Assembly: GCF_963921235.1 (NCBI RefSeq) | Contig: NC_086097.1 | Location: 77,192,001 to 77,256,000, forward strand | Direction: 5' to 3' | From: Mobula hypostoma | Taxonomy: Eukaryota | Length of the DNA: 64,000 nt | Part shown: piece by piece, positions 36,249 to 48,246 of the stretch | How the letters are laid out: each line of letters starts with the position of its first letter | Position numbering within the stretch: position 1 is the stretch's first letter | The notes under the pieces: generated by a model | Databases searched by the model: none | Told to the model about the DNA's origin: nothing | The model's input: only the letters and a program-made list of their open reading frames with translations | Program-made: the position numbers and the translations under genes

Positions 36249-38931
36249 CTGTGGAGACAAACCCAGCAACTCTCAAGATTACGGTTTGTAAATTCCAGGA
36301 AATAATATTCAATAAAACACATGAAGTGGAAGTATTTCTATTGTGGCCCTTCTTTATTTAGAACTACAAAAATAACAAAATCTTCTCTCTCATTTCATTG
36401 AGTTGGAGCAGAGCCACATAATCTTATAGTGGTACTATACCGGTCATTGCAGAAACACTTCAGGTGCACGGGAATTTCTCTATTCGGAAATGTATCAATT
36501 CAAATCATTGATTTTTTCCATTGAGTTCTAAATTAGATAAATCAAATGCAAACTATACAGTGGCATTAATGGTTCATTTGGTTTATTTCTATTATGGAGT
36601 TCTAATGACAACGTTGGTATTTAAGTGTTTACTGTGTATTTTTTTATATTTCTCACCATCATCCAAGTACACTTCCAGTTGAGAGGTTGAGTAAAAACAG
36701 CTGGTAATTTTTAATCAAGTGGAAAAAGAATGCATTAGGATACCTTCATATTTTAAATAAAACCAAGAACTACTGGAAAAACTCAGGAGGTCATGCAGCA
36801 TTTATAGAAAGAAACTTATTTTTGGTTCTGGGACGCTATGTCAGAATTGAACTTAGAAAGGGAAAGAAAGAGTCTGAGATGGACCATGTAAAGAGAAGAG
36901 CAGATGGAAGTTGGCTGCAAGGACATTTGAGTTCTTCTTAAGTGCACGAAACAGCAGCAATTCAGTTGAGAAGAGTTTGGGGATGAGTCCCAAAAGGTAT
37001 GACTGAAACAGAGACTGTTCCATTTGATCCACAAAATGACAGGTATAGCTTGAAACCAGGTGACTGCCTAGTTACATCTTAGACTGGAAAAACGAGTGGA
37101 GTTGAAGTACAAGTTACATGTGAGAAGAATTTCATAACTGTAGACATTGGAGCAGAATTAGACCATTCAGCCCATCAAGACAGTGTGCCATTTGATCACA
37201 GCCCCAATTTTTCAAGCCCAATTTTTCTGCTTTCTCCCTGTAACCTCTGATGCCCTTATTAGTTCAGACAAGCAAATAATATGTTTTGGTGGATGGAAAC
37301 TGCTTGGGCCTCCATTCAAGGAAGAAACAGAAGGCCCCAGACCCCCTAAATGTGGAACAGAGGTGTAGTGAGTGTACATCCCTGATGAAGGTGAACCAGT
37401 TAGGACTAGTGAACTGGAAACTGTTGAGGTAGCAGAGGACATCCAAAATGTCATGGATGAAAGCAGGAATAAATAAGAAAACACAGAAGAGAAAGAATGG
37501 AGTCAAATTAGGAAGAAATAAGTTGAGTAGATCAAAAGCAGGAGTGGGCAGGCTCTGGCTATAAACGAGATAGTGACCTGATGTCCAATGGTGGTGTCTT
37601 GGTCTACAGGGAGGTATGAAGGTGTGTGAGAGCTGAAAGTTGGCTGCTGCAATTAGGGTCAACAGACTGTAATAGTGCCACTCGTCAGGTTTGATACTGA
37701 CCTGATAATAATCGGGTTTGGTTCTTAGTGTGCCTAATTCTTCAAATCCTAGGGAGATAACCAGAATGAGTGGGTGGAGTGGAAAAATTAAGGCTTGCAA
37801 TATTCTATTGGCCAGATCCAGGAAGTACAAGGCAGAGGTGAGGGGCGTTCAGCTGACTGAGAATTCTGGAGTGGGGAGAAAAGGTCTAACATCTGGGATA
37901 AGGACATATGAGTAAAAAGATAGACAAGGCAGAGGTGACACCTGAAGAATTCAATTTCACATTATTTGCTCAAAGAGTTGTAGGCCAGAAACATTTATAG
38001 TTTCTTTTTCCATAAATGTTGCCTGACTTGTTGAGTTTTCCCAGCATTTTGTTTTCATTTCAGATTTCCAGCATGTGCTTTTGTTGATTTTCATTTTGGA
38101 TTTCAAGCTTGGCTTCATAAGTGACATTGCAATGTTGTGGGTGTCTAAGAAAAACTTGCTGCAGTTATCATGCAGTACTCTTAACAGCAATGACAAGGAA
38201 TTCTTTGCCAGTACATTCCCCTTAACAACTTTTCATGTGCGTATGGCTTTCACTTCAACACCTTACTTCACAGCAGAGAAAGTAGTTTCCGTACTGAGAT
38301 AAAAGGTACACCTTAAAACCTGCATCAGAGTACCCAAAGGAGCTCTAGAGACAATGGAGAGATTTGAAGAGACTTCAATATCTATCTCTTTTTCTGCTGT
38401 TTGTTGCAAATTCAGTAGCAGGTTAATTATTGAAAATGATCTTAATGAGACTTACTTGGAGTGGGGGGTTTGAAAGGGTGGAAGGATACGTTAGCTTGTA
38501 CTTCATGCTATAAAGGGGGAGATGAGGAGTAAGAGTTTACCTGTACAACAAAAGACCTCTTCCCAGCTGTCAATTCTTTCATTGCTGCTCTTGACCCCCC
38601 CACCCCCCCAGGATTTCGTCACCTAACAAACCGATTCTAACTTGTTTCTCCAGATTACCAAGCTACTTCTTAGTACTTGTTTAGCTCTGGAAGCTGTGTG
38701 CTAGCAAAGATGAGTCTTGGCAGCAAACTATGGATCTGCTTTCTTATATCCGATGAACTTAAGTGAAATCTGTCCAACTAATATTGTACTTTAGTATATA
38801 TTGTATATTTCTATGCAAGTGATATAGCTGAAAATCATGTATAAAGTTAAATTCAATCAACATTTTAATGAAATTTACAGGTGGTTACATTGTAGCCGAA
38901 AGGCCATCAAGCAAAAGTTAGGTATTCTTAC

Positions 38932-38975
38932 CGAAGAATCTTAGGAGTCGCCTCTTTACATTCCGAAAGTTTAAC
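38932..38975 (-). CDS. KATNBL1: KATNBL1 coding exon 2 (VKLSECKEATPKILR)
   Basis: 44 bp, ttttttcctgtcag/gtaag. Phase 0/2 bridges the neighbouring exons; weak similarity to human VKKSPKQLAAYINR. Confidence 0.82.
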
Positions 38976-39899
38976 CTGACAGGAAAAAAAGACATTATGA
39001 ATTTACAAATTTGAGAAAGTAGCTTCCTTGGTTGCTTTTCTATCCTCATGTTTTAAATGTGTTACATTACAAAGAAAATAAACAACCTGACAGACATGCA
39101 AAATTGGGAAACTAAAAATAATTTTGCAAATATGTGGTTTTCATAAATGGAGCATACTAAGTCAGTTGAATTCACTGTCTGCAGCTTGACTTTTTTTTAT
39201 TATTAGAGCCATAAATAACCATTTAATATTTGAATACTTTGAATGAATGACACTGTTCTTTCAATGAAGTTTCCAGCTAAAGTACTGAAATACAGATATG
39301 CTAACAGCACAGTAGCCTTGTGTTTCTATTTTGCTTGTACATCTTAAATTGAACCTAAAATTCATAGGACTTTATTTGAAAATGATCCACATGAATGCTC
39401 TCATATTATATCTTTAGACATTAAGTTGGTTTATGTATTGAGGAACAGTGGAAAACTGTTTTGCATGGCATCCATACAGAACATTTCATATTATCTGTGC
39501 ATTGAAATAGAACATGAAAAAAACAATGCAGAATAAAGTTAAAGGAAGTTTTGTCCCCTTCCCCACTGCAACCACATGGTTTCTATGGATCCTCTAGTAT
39601 CTTCCCACATCCCAACGGCATGTAGGTTGACACCTCAGTTCACCAATGTAAACTGCTCTTAGGATGTGGAACAGCATTAGAATCTGGGGTTTAGTTGAGA
39701 GAAAATGGGAAAAGTTAAATGGGTTAGGGTACAGTTTGTAGGTAAATAGTTCTTGATGGTCGCAAAGTACACGTTTCCAGACTATTGTTATGACAACCTT
39801 GGTTTTAACCTAAATAGGTTTAATTCTATGAACAAGGAAATTCTGAATTATAAGCCAATCAAAATTCAAAACACCACACACTTGAAGCAAGGTAGGATA

Positions 39900-41173
39900 C
39901 AGGTGTCCCCCACTTTTCAAACGTGCGCTTTATGACACCTCGCTGTTACGAAAGACCTACATTAGTTACCTGTTTTCACTAACAGAAGGTGCTTTCACTG
40001 TTACGAAAAAAGGCAGTGCACGCCCTGAGCAGCCAAGCTCCTCCCCTAGAACTGCATTCCAGCTGGCATTGCTTAAATACGTGCCTGTGAGCATCTTTGA
40101 GCATCCGTTAGCAAGATGAGTTCTAAGGTATCGGAAAAGCCTAAAAGAGCTTGTAAGGGTGTTACACTTAGTGTAAAACTAGACATAATTAAGCGTTTCG
40201 ATCGTGGTGAACGAAGTAAAGATGAAGCGAGTTTGGCTTGTGGAAGCTGACGAACATAATGTTGAAGAAGTTTTGGCATCCCATGACCAAGAACTGATAG
40301 ATGAAGAGCTGGTGCAATTGGAAGAGGAAAGGATATCAATTGAAACCGAATGCAGTAGTGAACAGACCAAAAGAGAAGTCGTCCAGGAACTGAACGTGAA
40401 GCAACTGCGTGAGATTTTTGCTGCAAATGACAACAATGATTGCAGAAAAATATGACTTTAATTTTGACAGGGTACATAGGGTACAGGGCATATTTGCAGG
40501 ATGGTTTGAGTGCTTATAAAGAACTGTATGATAGAAAAATGCGCAAGGCTAAGCAGTCAAGCATACCGTCGTTTTTCAAGCCTTCCACATCAGACAACGA
40601 ACCTTGACCTTTGACATCGAGGCAGGCAGACATAGAAGAAGATGACCTGCCTACCCTGATGGAAACAAGACAACGATGAGATGACACCCCAGTGTCCCAC
40701 CACCCCAACCTCCGATGACTCAGCCTAATACATCATCAGCGCGCTGTCTTCCCGATTCCGTTAAGTGATACTACACTGTACATACATTATTTCTACTTTA
40801 TATAGGCTGTGTATTTTTATGTGTTATTTGGTATGATTTGGCAGCTTCATAGCTTAAAGGTTACTGGAGAGAATGTTTCTGCCGAGAGCGCTTGCATGAG
40901 ATTTTCACTACGGTGTACAGTGCAGCAATGATGGAGAAAAGAATTTCTACTTTATATAGGCTGTGTATTTATCATATCATTCTTGCTTTTACTATATGTT
41001 ACTGTTATTTTAGATTTTGTGTGTTAGTTGGCATGATTTGGTAGGTTATTTTTTGGGTTTGCGAACGCTCACAAATTTTTTCCCATATGGTAATTGCTTC
41101 TTCACTTTACAACATTCCAGCTTACAAACCATTTCATGGGAACGCTCTACCTTCGGAGGACTGGAAAAACCTA
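39900..41173 (+). mobile_element. Tigger/pogo-like internally deleted DNA transposon (copy 1)
   Basis: TA|CAGGTGTCCCC start. Remnant MSSKVSEKPKRACKGVTLSVKLDIIKRFDRGERSKD (HTH N-terminus) and acidic C-terminal VEEVLASHDQELIDEELVQLEEE. Right end degenerate (AAAACCTA). Confidence 0.85.
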
Positions 41174-43974
41174 TTTAAAAGTTGGAAGTTAATCAAGGGG
41201 TTTCAGATTTCAAAGAAGATGGTGCCAGCAAACAATCCAAGGGTGACATCCTCCAGATGGTTCACAAAACTACTACTTTCACTTCTTTTAGGTCTTATTT
41301 TTCTTTCAAATGTGGTTCTGCTACTGTTGGAGCATGCGATCTACATTTTGGTGTTTTGCTTTTGGGCTGATTGAGTGATCTGGAGCTCTGCTGTCACTGA
41401 GGGTTTTCCATGAGGCTTCGAGCAAATGGTGTGGCTGAGGGCAAGAAGCCTGGAGATTGGGCACAAGCCCATGATAAACTCCAATTCTCGCCTATTAAAG
41501 CGCTGAAGAAGATTGAAATCATTAAGGCGAGTGCGGAGGTCGAGCGGGTGTCCAGCTCCCTCTACCAGCCCCTTGCTCGCTGCTGCTGGAGGAAGGTATC
41601 TGCACGCGACTGTCTCTCACCGTTCCCAAAGGAAGGTCTCTGTGTTCAAATTGATTCTCTCTTCCTCAATGCTGTCAGAGGATGGTGCCAGAGTTTGGGT
41701 CTTCGGCAAGATTTAATCAATATGGTTTGTGGATTGGATCTGCAGTTCACATTGTGATGTGTTTCTGGTCACTCCTTTTTTTGTTATTTTGGGCAATTTT
41801 AAATCGGGGCGGCCTACAGATAATGAACATAGCTGAACTGAATATACTGGACTCTTTCGATTTTGGGTTTTATATTTTTTTTTTGCTTACTTTTTGGTTG
41901 CCATTTGTACAATTTTTTTTGCATGTGGGGGGGTGGTTTGATGTTTTTCTTTGAACGTTTTCTATGGCTTTTTCGTAGCTGTCCATGGGGAAGACTTATC
42001 TCAGGGTTGTATACTGCTTTCACACTTTGATAATAAGTAAACTTTGAATCTTTGAAAAAAAATCTGAGACAGTAAACATATCGTTATATACTTCTGTAGG
42101 TGTTTTTTTTAAAACAGTATTTGCTTCTGCCCACTGTGCTGTTAATATCACTGTCTCATGAAGGTCTCTTAACAGAACTATCCATCATTAACAATCCCCA
42201 TCACCTTTTTTTCATTGCTACCATCAAGGTGGTGGTTCAGGAGCCTGAAGACACACACAATGTTTTAGGAACAGCTTCTTCCCCACTGCCATGAGATTTC
42301 TGAATGGACGTCGAACCCATATACATTACCTCACTATTTTCTTTTATTTTTTTGCTCTCTTTTTGCACTACTTATTTAATTTGTGTATGTATAAATACAG
42401 TTTAAAATTTGTTATTGCAATGTACATCTGCCGCAAAACAACATACTTCACGACATCTGCCAGTGATTTTAAACCTGATTCTGATATTGCTCCTTGATAA
42501 CAAGAAAATGAGTTATGCAAAATAGTGCCAAAACATAATTAACCTTCGCATGTTAGGTTGTTCTTTCAATACAGAGATGTCAATTCAATACTGAAGGACC
42601 CAAATTTCAGAGAAGGATTAAGGTACAGATTCTGTCACTATCCAAAGTGATCTTGTCTTGTGTGTGCCCTATGTGTTATTCCGGGAGCTAGCCATAGATA
42701 AGAAGACAGTATTTACCGAATGTTTAAAAATTTAGTTTCCCTGCAAAAGGTGGTGACAGTTCACTTTCAACAGCTACAGTCCAAACATGGTAGTTGGTTA
42801 TGATATAACAAATGGCTTGCTTGGCTATCTTAAAAGGGCAATTAAGATCGGGAAGGCCTACAAATAACAAAGGCCAGACCAAGGAGACATGGAAGCTTTG
42901 TTCCCTTAAATGACATTAATGGCTAGCAGCAACCAACTGATTTAAGTAACCAGCCTGGATTTATGCCCAAACTGGTGTTATTGACAGACAAGGTTTTTCA
43001 TGATTTAGCAACATTATGAACACCTTAAAGCGGAGTGAATAAAAATAAACAAAAACAAGGAGTGGATAGATGATTACATTGTAGTTTTTAATTACTTTTC
43101 ATAAAGAATGGCTTACTAATCTTTGATTGCACTAGCCTCCCTGGCATTATCAGATCTACTGGACAAGGTTTATGTTAATAGATCAATCTTGTGGTCATTA
43201 CTACTAATAACCATTTTTGAAAAAAGTTTCACATTATTAACTGCATTTAAATTCCACACCTATAGAAAGATTGGTAAAAACAAGAAAGAGTGGAAATACT
43301 CAGCAGGTCAGGCAGCATCTGCAAGAGGGTGACTCAATGATAGACTGAGAGTCTTATTGGAAATGGCAGGGAAAGAGAGAGAGCAAGATGCCTCTATATT
43401 GGGAAAATAAAATGTAGATTACTTTGCAGAGCACTTGATTTCAATCTGCAGCAGTCGCCCTAACCTTCCATTTACCTGCTGTTCCATTTTCTACCCCACT
43501 CTGACCTATCTGTCCATGGCCTCCTGCACTGTTACAATGAAACTCAATGCTAGCCTGAAAAATAACACCTCATTATCCAGCTGGGCACAGTGCAACCTTC
43601 TGGATGCAGTATCAAATCTTCCAGCATTAAATACTCACTTTGTTTCTGTCTGTTATAGAACTGGGCTTTCATTTTTTAAAAAAAAGTCATCATTTGAGAT
43701 TTTGACTGTTTTTCTCTTTTAGGATCCTTTTGTCTGCTGGCTATGCCCCATAACCCTGCCATTAGCTGTACATAATTGTAATTGCTATATGTACAAGAGA
43801 CAGAAAAAAATCTTATTCTTTGCATGGCTTCCAAACTGATTATTTCACATCAGTACTTCGAGCTAATACAAGGGAAAAGCAATAACAGAATGCAGAAAGA
43901 AGCATGATGTGCTTCCAGTGCCAATTAACCCATCAAATTGCACTATAATACACAAACTCATCCTATCCTAATCT

Positions 43975-44555
43975 ACAAGTCACAGAGCAATACAGCATGG
44001 ATACCGACCCTTCAGCCAAACTGGTCCATACCAATGACATTACCCACCCAATTAGTCCCAATTCCCTGTGTCCGGCCCACATCCCTCTAAACCCCAACTC
44101 TCCATGTACTTATCCAAGTTCTTCTTAAATGATACTATCATACCTGCATCAAACACTTCTGGCAGCCCATTCCATATACTCACCAGCCTGTGCATGAAAA
44201 ATTTGTTCCTCAGGTTCCTTTTAAATCTTTCCCCCTCACCTGAAATCTATGCTCCCTAGTTTTGGACTCCCCATCCTGGGCAAAAAGACACTGTCCACCT
44301 TATCTAGGTCTCTCATAATTTTAGACATTTCTACACAGTTACCACTCATTTTCCACATTACAAGAAAAAAAGATGTAACCTGGACAATCTCCCCCTATAA
44401 TTTTTTAGTCCTGGTAACATGCTTGTAAATCTTTCTGCAGTCTTTCCAGATTACACATCTTTCTTACAAAAGGGTGACCTAAACTGTACACAGTACTTCA
44501 AGTGTGGCCTCATCAATGACTTCTACAATTGCAACATAATGTCCCAACTCCTATA
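43975..44555 (-). mobile_element. CR1 LINE 3' fragment, interrupted by Tigger copy 2 (resumes at 46111-46180)
   Basis: CR1 3' UTR and C-terminal sequence. The empty site TCCCAACTCCTA-TA-CTCAATG is CR1-like. Confidence 0.8.
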
Positions 44556-46110
44556 CAGGTTTCCTCCGCCATCCAAAGGTACAGCGTTCCTATGAAACGG
44601 TTCGTAAGCTGAAATGTTGTAAAGCGAAGAAGCAATTACCATTTATTTATATGGGAAAATTTAGTGAGCGTTCGCAGACCCAAAAATACCAAATCATGCC
44701 AAATAACACATAAAACCTAAAATAAATAACAGTAAAATATAGTAAAAGCAGGAATGATATGATTAATACACAGTCTATATAAAGTAGAAATACTTTTCCA
44801 TAATCATTGCCGGCACTGTTCGCCGAAGCGAAAATCTCACGCAAGTGCTCTCGGCAGAAACACGGCGCAAGCGCTCTCCAGCAACCTTTAAGCTATGAAG
44901 CTGCCAAATCATACCAAATAACATGTAAAAATACACAGCCTATATAAAGTAGAAATAATGTATCTACAGTGTAGTATCACTTATGGGAATCGGGAAGACA
45001 CTGACGATGTTGTGTTAGGCTGAGTCGTCACAGGTTGGGTGGTGCAGTGGCCCCCACCCTCTAGGCCGCCGAGTGATACATTGCCGCGAGGCACGCAGGG
45101 GTCCAGTGGTAGCCGGGAGGCACACAGCACATATTTAAGAAAAAAGCCGAAATAAACATGCTAATTAATTAGATGCCGCTTGACACATAATTATCGGCTC
45201 AGATCAGTGCCGATTGCATCGCCTCTGATCCGGGCCGACATTTACATGTGGGGCGGCACCTAATTAATTAGAATGTTTATTTTGGCTTTTTTCTTAAAGA
45301 TGTGCTGTGTGTCTCCTGGCTACTGCTGCATTCTCCGCGAATTGGTACTGTATCTGTCCGCGGCCTGGGTGTTGGGATGGTGGGACACTGGGGTGTCATC
45401 TCATTGTCTGTTTCCATTAGAGCAGGCCGCTCATCTTCTCCTATGACTGCCTGCCTCGATGTCGGAAGGTCGAGGTTCATCTGCTATGGCTGATGTGGAA
45501 GGCTTGCTTGACTGCTGAGCCTCACGCATTTTTCTATCATACAGTTCTTTGTAAGGACTGAAACCATCTTGCAAATATCCTCTAAACCGATGTACCCTTG
45601 CAAAATTAAAGTCGTACCTTACCATTGCAGCAAAAATCTCACGCAGTGGCTTCACGTTCATTTCGCTACAGCATTAGGTTTTGATTGTTATCCTTTCCTT
45701 TTCCAATTGCATCAGCTCTTCATCTATCAGTTCTTGGTCATGGGATAGCAAAACCTCTTCAACATTATCTTCATCAGCTTCCACAAGTCAAACTCACTTT
45801 GTCCTTACATCGGTCACCACGATCAAAACGTTTAATTATGTCTAGTTTTACGCTAAATGTAACACCCTTACGAGCTCTTTCAGGCTTTTCCAATACCTCA
45901 GAACTCATCTTGCAAACGGCTGCTCAATGCAACGTGTTAAAGCAATGCCGTTCCGAATCCAGGGGACAGCGGCTGCTCGCGGCTTTTTATCGCGCAATTT
46001 TTTTCGTAACAGTGAAAACACCTTCTGAAAGCGAAAACAGGGTACTAATGCAGGTCTTTCGTAACAGTGAGGTTTCGTAAAGCGAATGTTCAAAAAGCGG
46101 GGGACACCTG
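44556..46110 (-). mobile_element. Tigger/pogo-like internally deleted DNA transposon (copy 2, inverted relative to copy 1)
   Basis: TA|CAGGTTTCCTCCGC ... GCGGGGGACACCTG|TA. Same internal sequence as 39900-41173 on the opposite strand, plus an extra palindromic block of about 320 bp. Confidence 0.9.
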
Positions 46111-47064
46111 TACTCAATGCCCTGACTGATGAGGTCATTGTGTTAAATACCCTGTATACCACCCAGTCTACCTGCAATGTCCCATTTACTGGAAACTAAC
46201 CTATTTTTGTTTTTTTCCAGTTCTGATGATCTCACACCTGAAACGTTAGCCACTTTTCCTTCCTCAGATGCTACCTCATCTGCTCAGTGTTTCCAGCATT
46301 TTCCGTTTTCAATCCAGATTTCCAGCATCTGTAGTTTTTTGATTTCCATGGCAGGATTTGAACTGTTTTCTTGATTGGTAGACCAGTGTTCTGGATTAGT
46401 GGTTGAAAATCAAAAAACTTCAGGCAGTAAAATCTGAAATAGAAACAGAAGTGCTGGAAATGTTCAATCAGTGGGGCAGCACTCTGCGGAGAAAAGAAAC
46501 AGAATTGCATTTCTAAGAATGATCATCAGAACTGGAGAAGTGATCTGAAAAATAAGAGTTAAAATTTCAAAGTAAATTTATTATCAAAGTACATATATGC
46601 CACCATATACTAATGAGATTCATTTTCTTACAGGCATTCACAGTAAGTGCAAAGAAACAAAACAGGATCAATGACAATCAATGTGCAAATGATAACAAAC
46701 TGCAAATACAAAGACAAAAGAGCAAAATAATAATAATAAATAAACAATATCAAGAACGCATATTGTAGAGTGCTTGAAAGTGAGTATATAGGTTGTAGAA
46801 TCAGTTTAGCATTGGGTGAGTGAAGTTGAGAGAGCCATCCTTTCTGGTTCACGAGCATGATGGTTGTGGGCAAATAACTCTTCCTAAACCTGGTGGTGTG
46901 GGACCCGAGGCTCCTGCACCTTCTCCTCAACGGCAGCAGTGAGAAGAGAGTATTACCTGGATGGTGGGGGGCCTTGGTGAACAGATGCTGTTTTCCTGCA
47001 ACAGCACTCCTCATAGATGTGCTCAATAGTGGGCGGAGAGGGGGTGGCTTAACCCACGGACTGA

Positions 47065-47532
47065 ACTGTATCCACGGCCTCCTCTACTGTAAAGATGAAG
47101 CCACACTCAGGTTGGAGGAACAACACCTTATATTCTGTCTGGGTAGCTTCCAACCTGATGGCATGAACACTGACTTCTCAAACTTCCGCTAATGTCCCAC
47201 CCCCCCCTCGTACCCCATCCGCTATTTATTTATAAACACATTCTTTTTCTCTCTCTCCCTCTGTCCCCCTCACTATACCCTTGCCCATCCTTGGGGCTCC
47301 CCCCGCCCCCGCTTTTCTTTCTCCCTAGGCCTCCTGTCCCATGATCCTCTCATATCCCTTTTGCCAATCAACTGTCCAGCTCTTGGCTCCATCCCTCCCC
47401 TTTTCAAATCTCTTACTAGCTCCTCTTTCAGTTAGTCCTGATGAAGGGTCTCGGCCCGAAAAGTCAACTGTACCTCTTCCTAGAGGTGCTGCCTGGCCTG
47501 CTGTGTTCACCAGCAACTTTTATGTGCGTTGC
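47065..47532 (+). mobile_element. Penelope-like element fragment
   Basis: HGLLYCKDEATLRLEEQHLIFCLGSFQPDGMNTDFSNFR* (GIY-YIG C-terminus), pyrimidine-rich UTR, hammerhead motif. Confidence 0.88.
47434..47469 (+). ncRNA. Minimal type I hammerhead ribozyme motif (Penelope-associated; stem III mutated)
   Basis: AGTC-CTGATGA-A-GGGT(CTCG)GCCC-GAAA-AGTC-AACT. Confidence 0.72.
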
Positions 47533-48166
47533 ACGACTACTTTTTGCTGGCTTTTCCTCTCGAGGACAGTAGGCTGAGACGCAACCAGTCAGAATATTCT
47601 CCACCATGCATCTATAAAAGTTTGTCAAAGTTTTGGATGACATGCCAAATCTTTGCAAACCTCTAAGAGAGGAGCTGCTGCGCTTTCTTTGGCAGTTACA
47701 TGCTAGACCCAGGACAGACGCTATCCTCTGAAATGATAACACAGAGAAATTTAAAGTTCCTGCCTCTCTCCGCCTCTGGTCTCCTGATGAGGGCTGGCTC
47801 ATGGACCTCTGGTTGCTTCTTCTGTACAGAATTCACCTCTTTGGTTTTCCTCACATTAACTGGGAGGTGGTTGCTGTGGCACCATTCAGCCAGAATTTCA
47901 ATCTCTCTCCTATATGCTGACTCATTGCCACCTTTGATTCAACTAACGATAAAGATATCTTTAACAGACTTAAAATTGACATTGGAGCTGCACTTAGCCT
48001 CAGTCATAAATATACAGTAAGTAGAGCAGGGGGCTAAGCATAAGCGTCTGTGCTGATGGAGATTGTGGAGGAAAGGTTGTTGCCAATTTGAACTGACTGG
48101 GGTCTGCAAGTTATGGAAATCGTGGGTCTGGTTGCAAAAGGAGATACAGAGGCCTGGATCTTAGAG

Positions 48167-48246
48167 CAGAGGGTGCCAACCTGGGGTTCATAGAGCCCTT
48201 GCTTAATGGTATTGGTCCATGGCATAAAACAGCTTAGGAACCCCCG
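48167..48246. mobile_element. Short hAT-type MITE
   Basis: CAGAGGGTGCCAACCT ... AGCTTAGGAACCCCCG degenerate TIRs; imperfect 8-bp TSD TCTTAGAG / TCATTGAG. Confidence 0.55.

Noticed and set aside
37264..37830. 188-aa ORF in a KATNBL1 intron
   Set aside because: No recognisable domain and no splice-phase fit; most likely a chance ORF in decayed repeat sequence.
41400..42055. Unclassified element ending in a TTTGATAATAA..CTTTGAA tail
   Set aside because: Probably a non-autonomous LINE-tailed repeat, but its boundaries and family could not be supported from the sequence alone.
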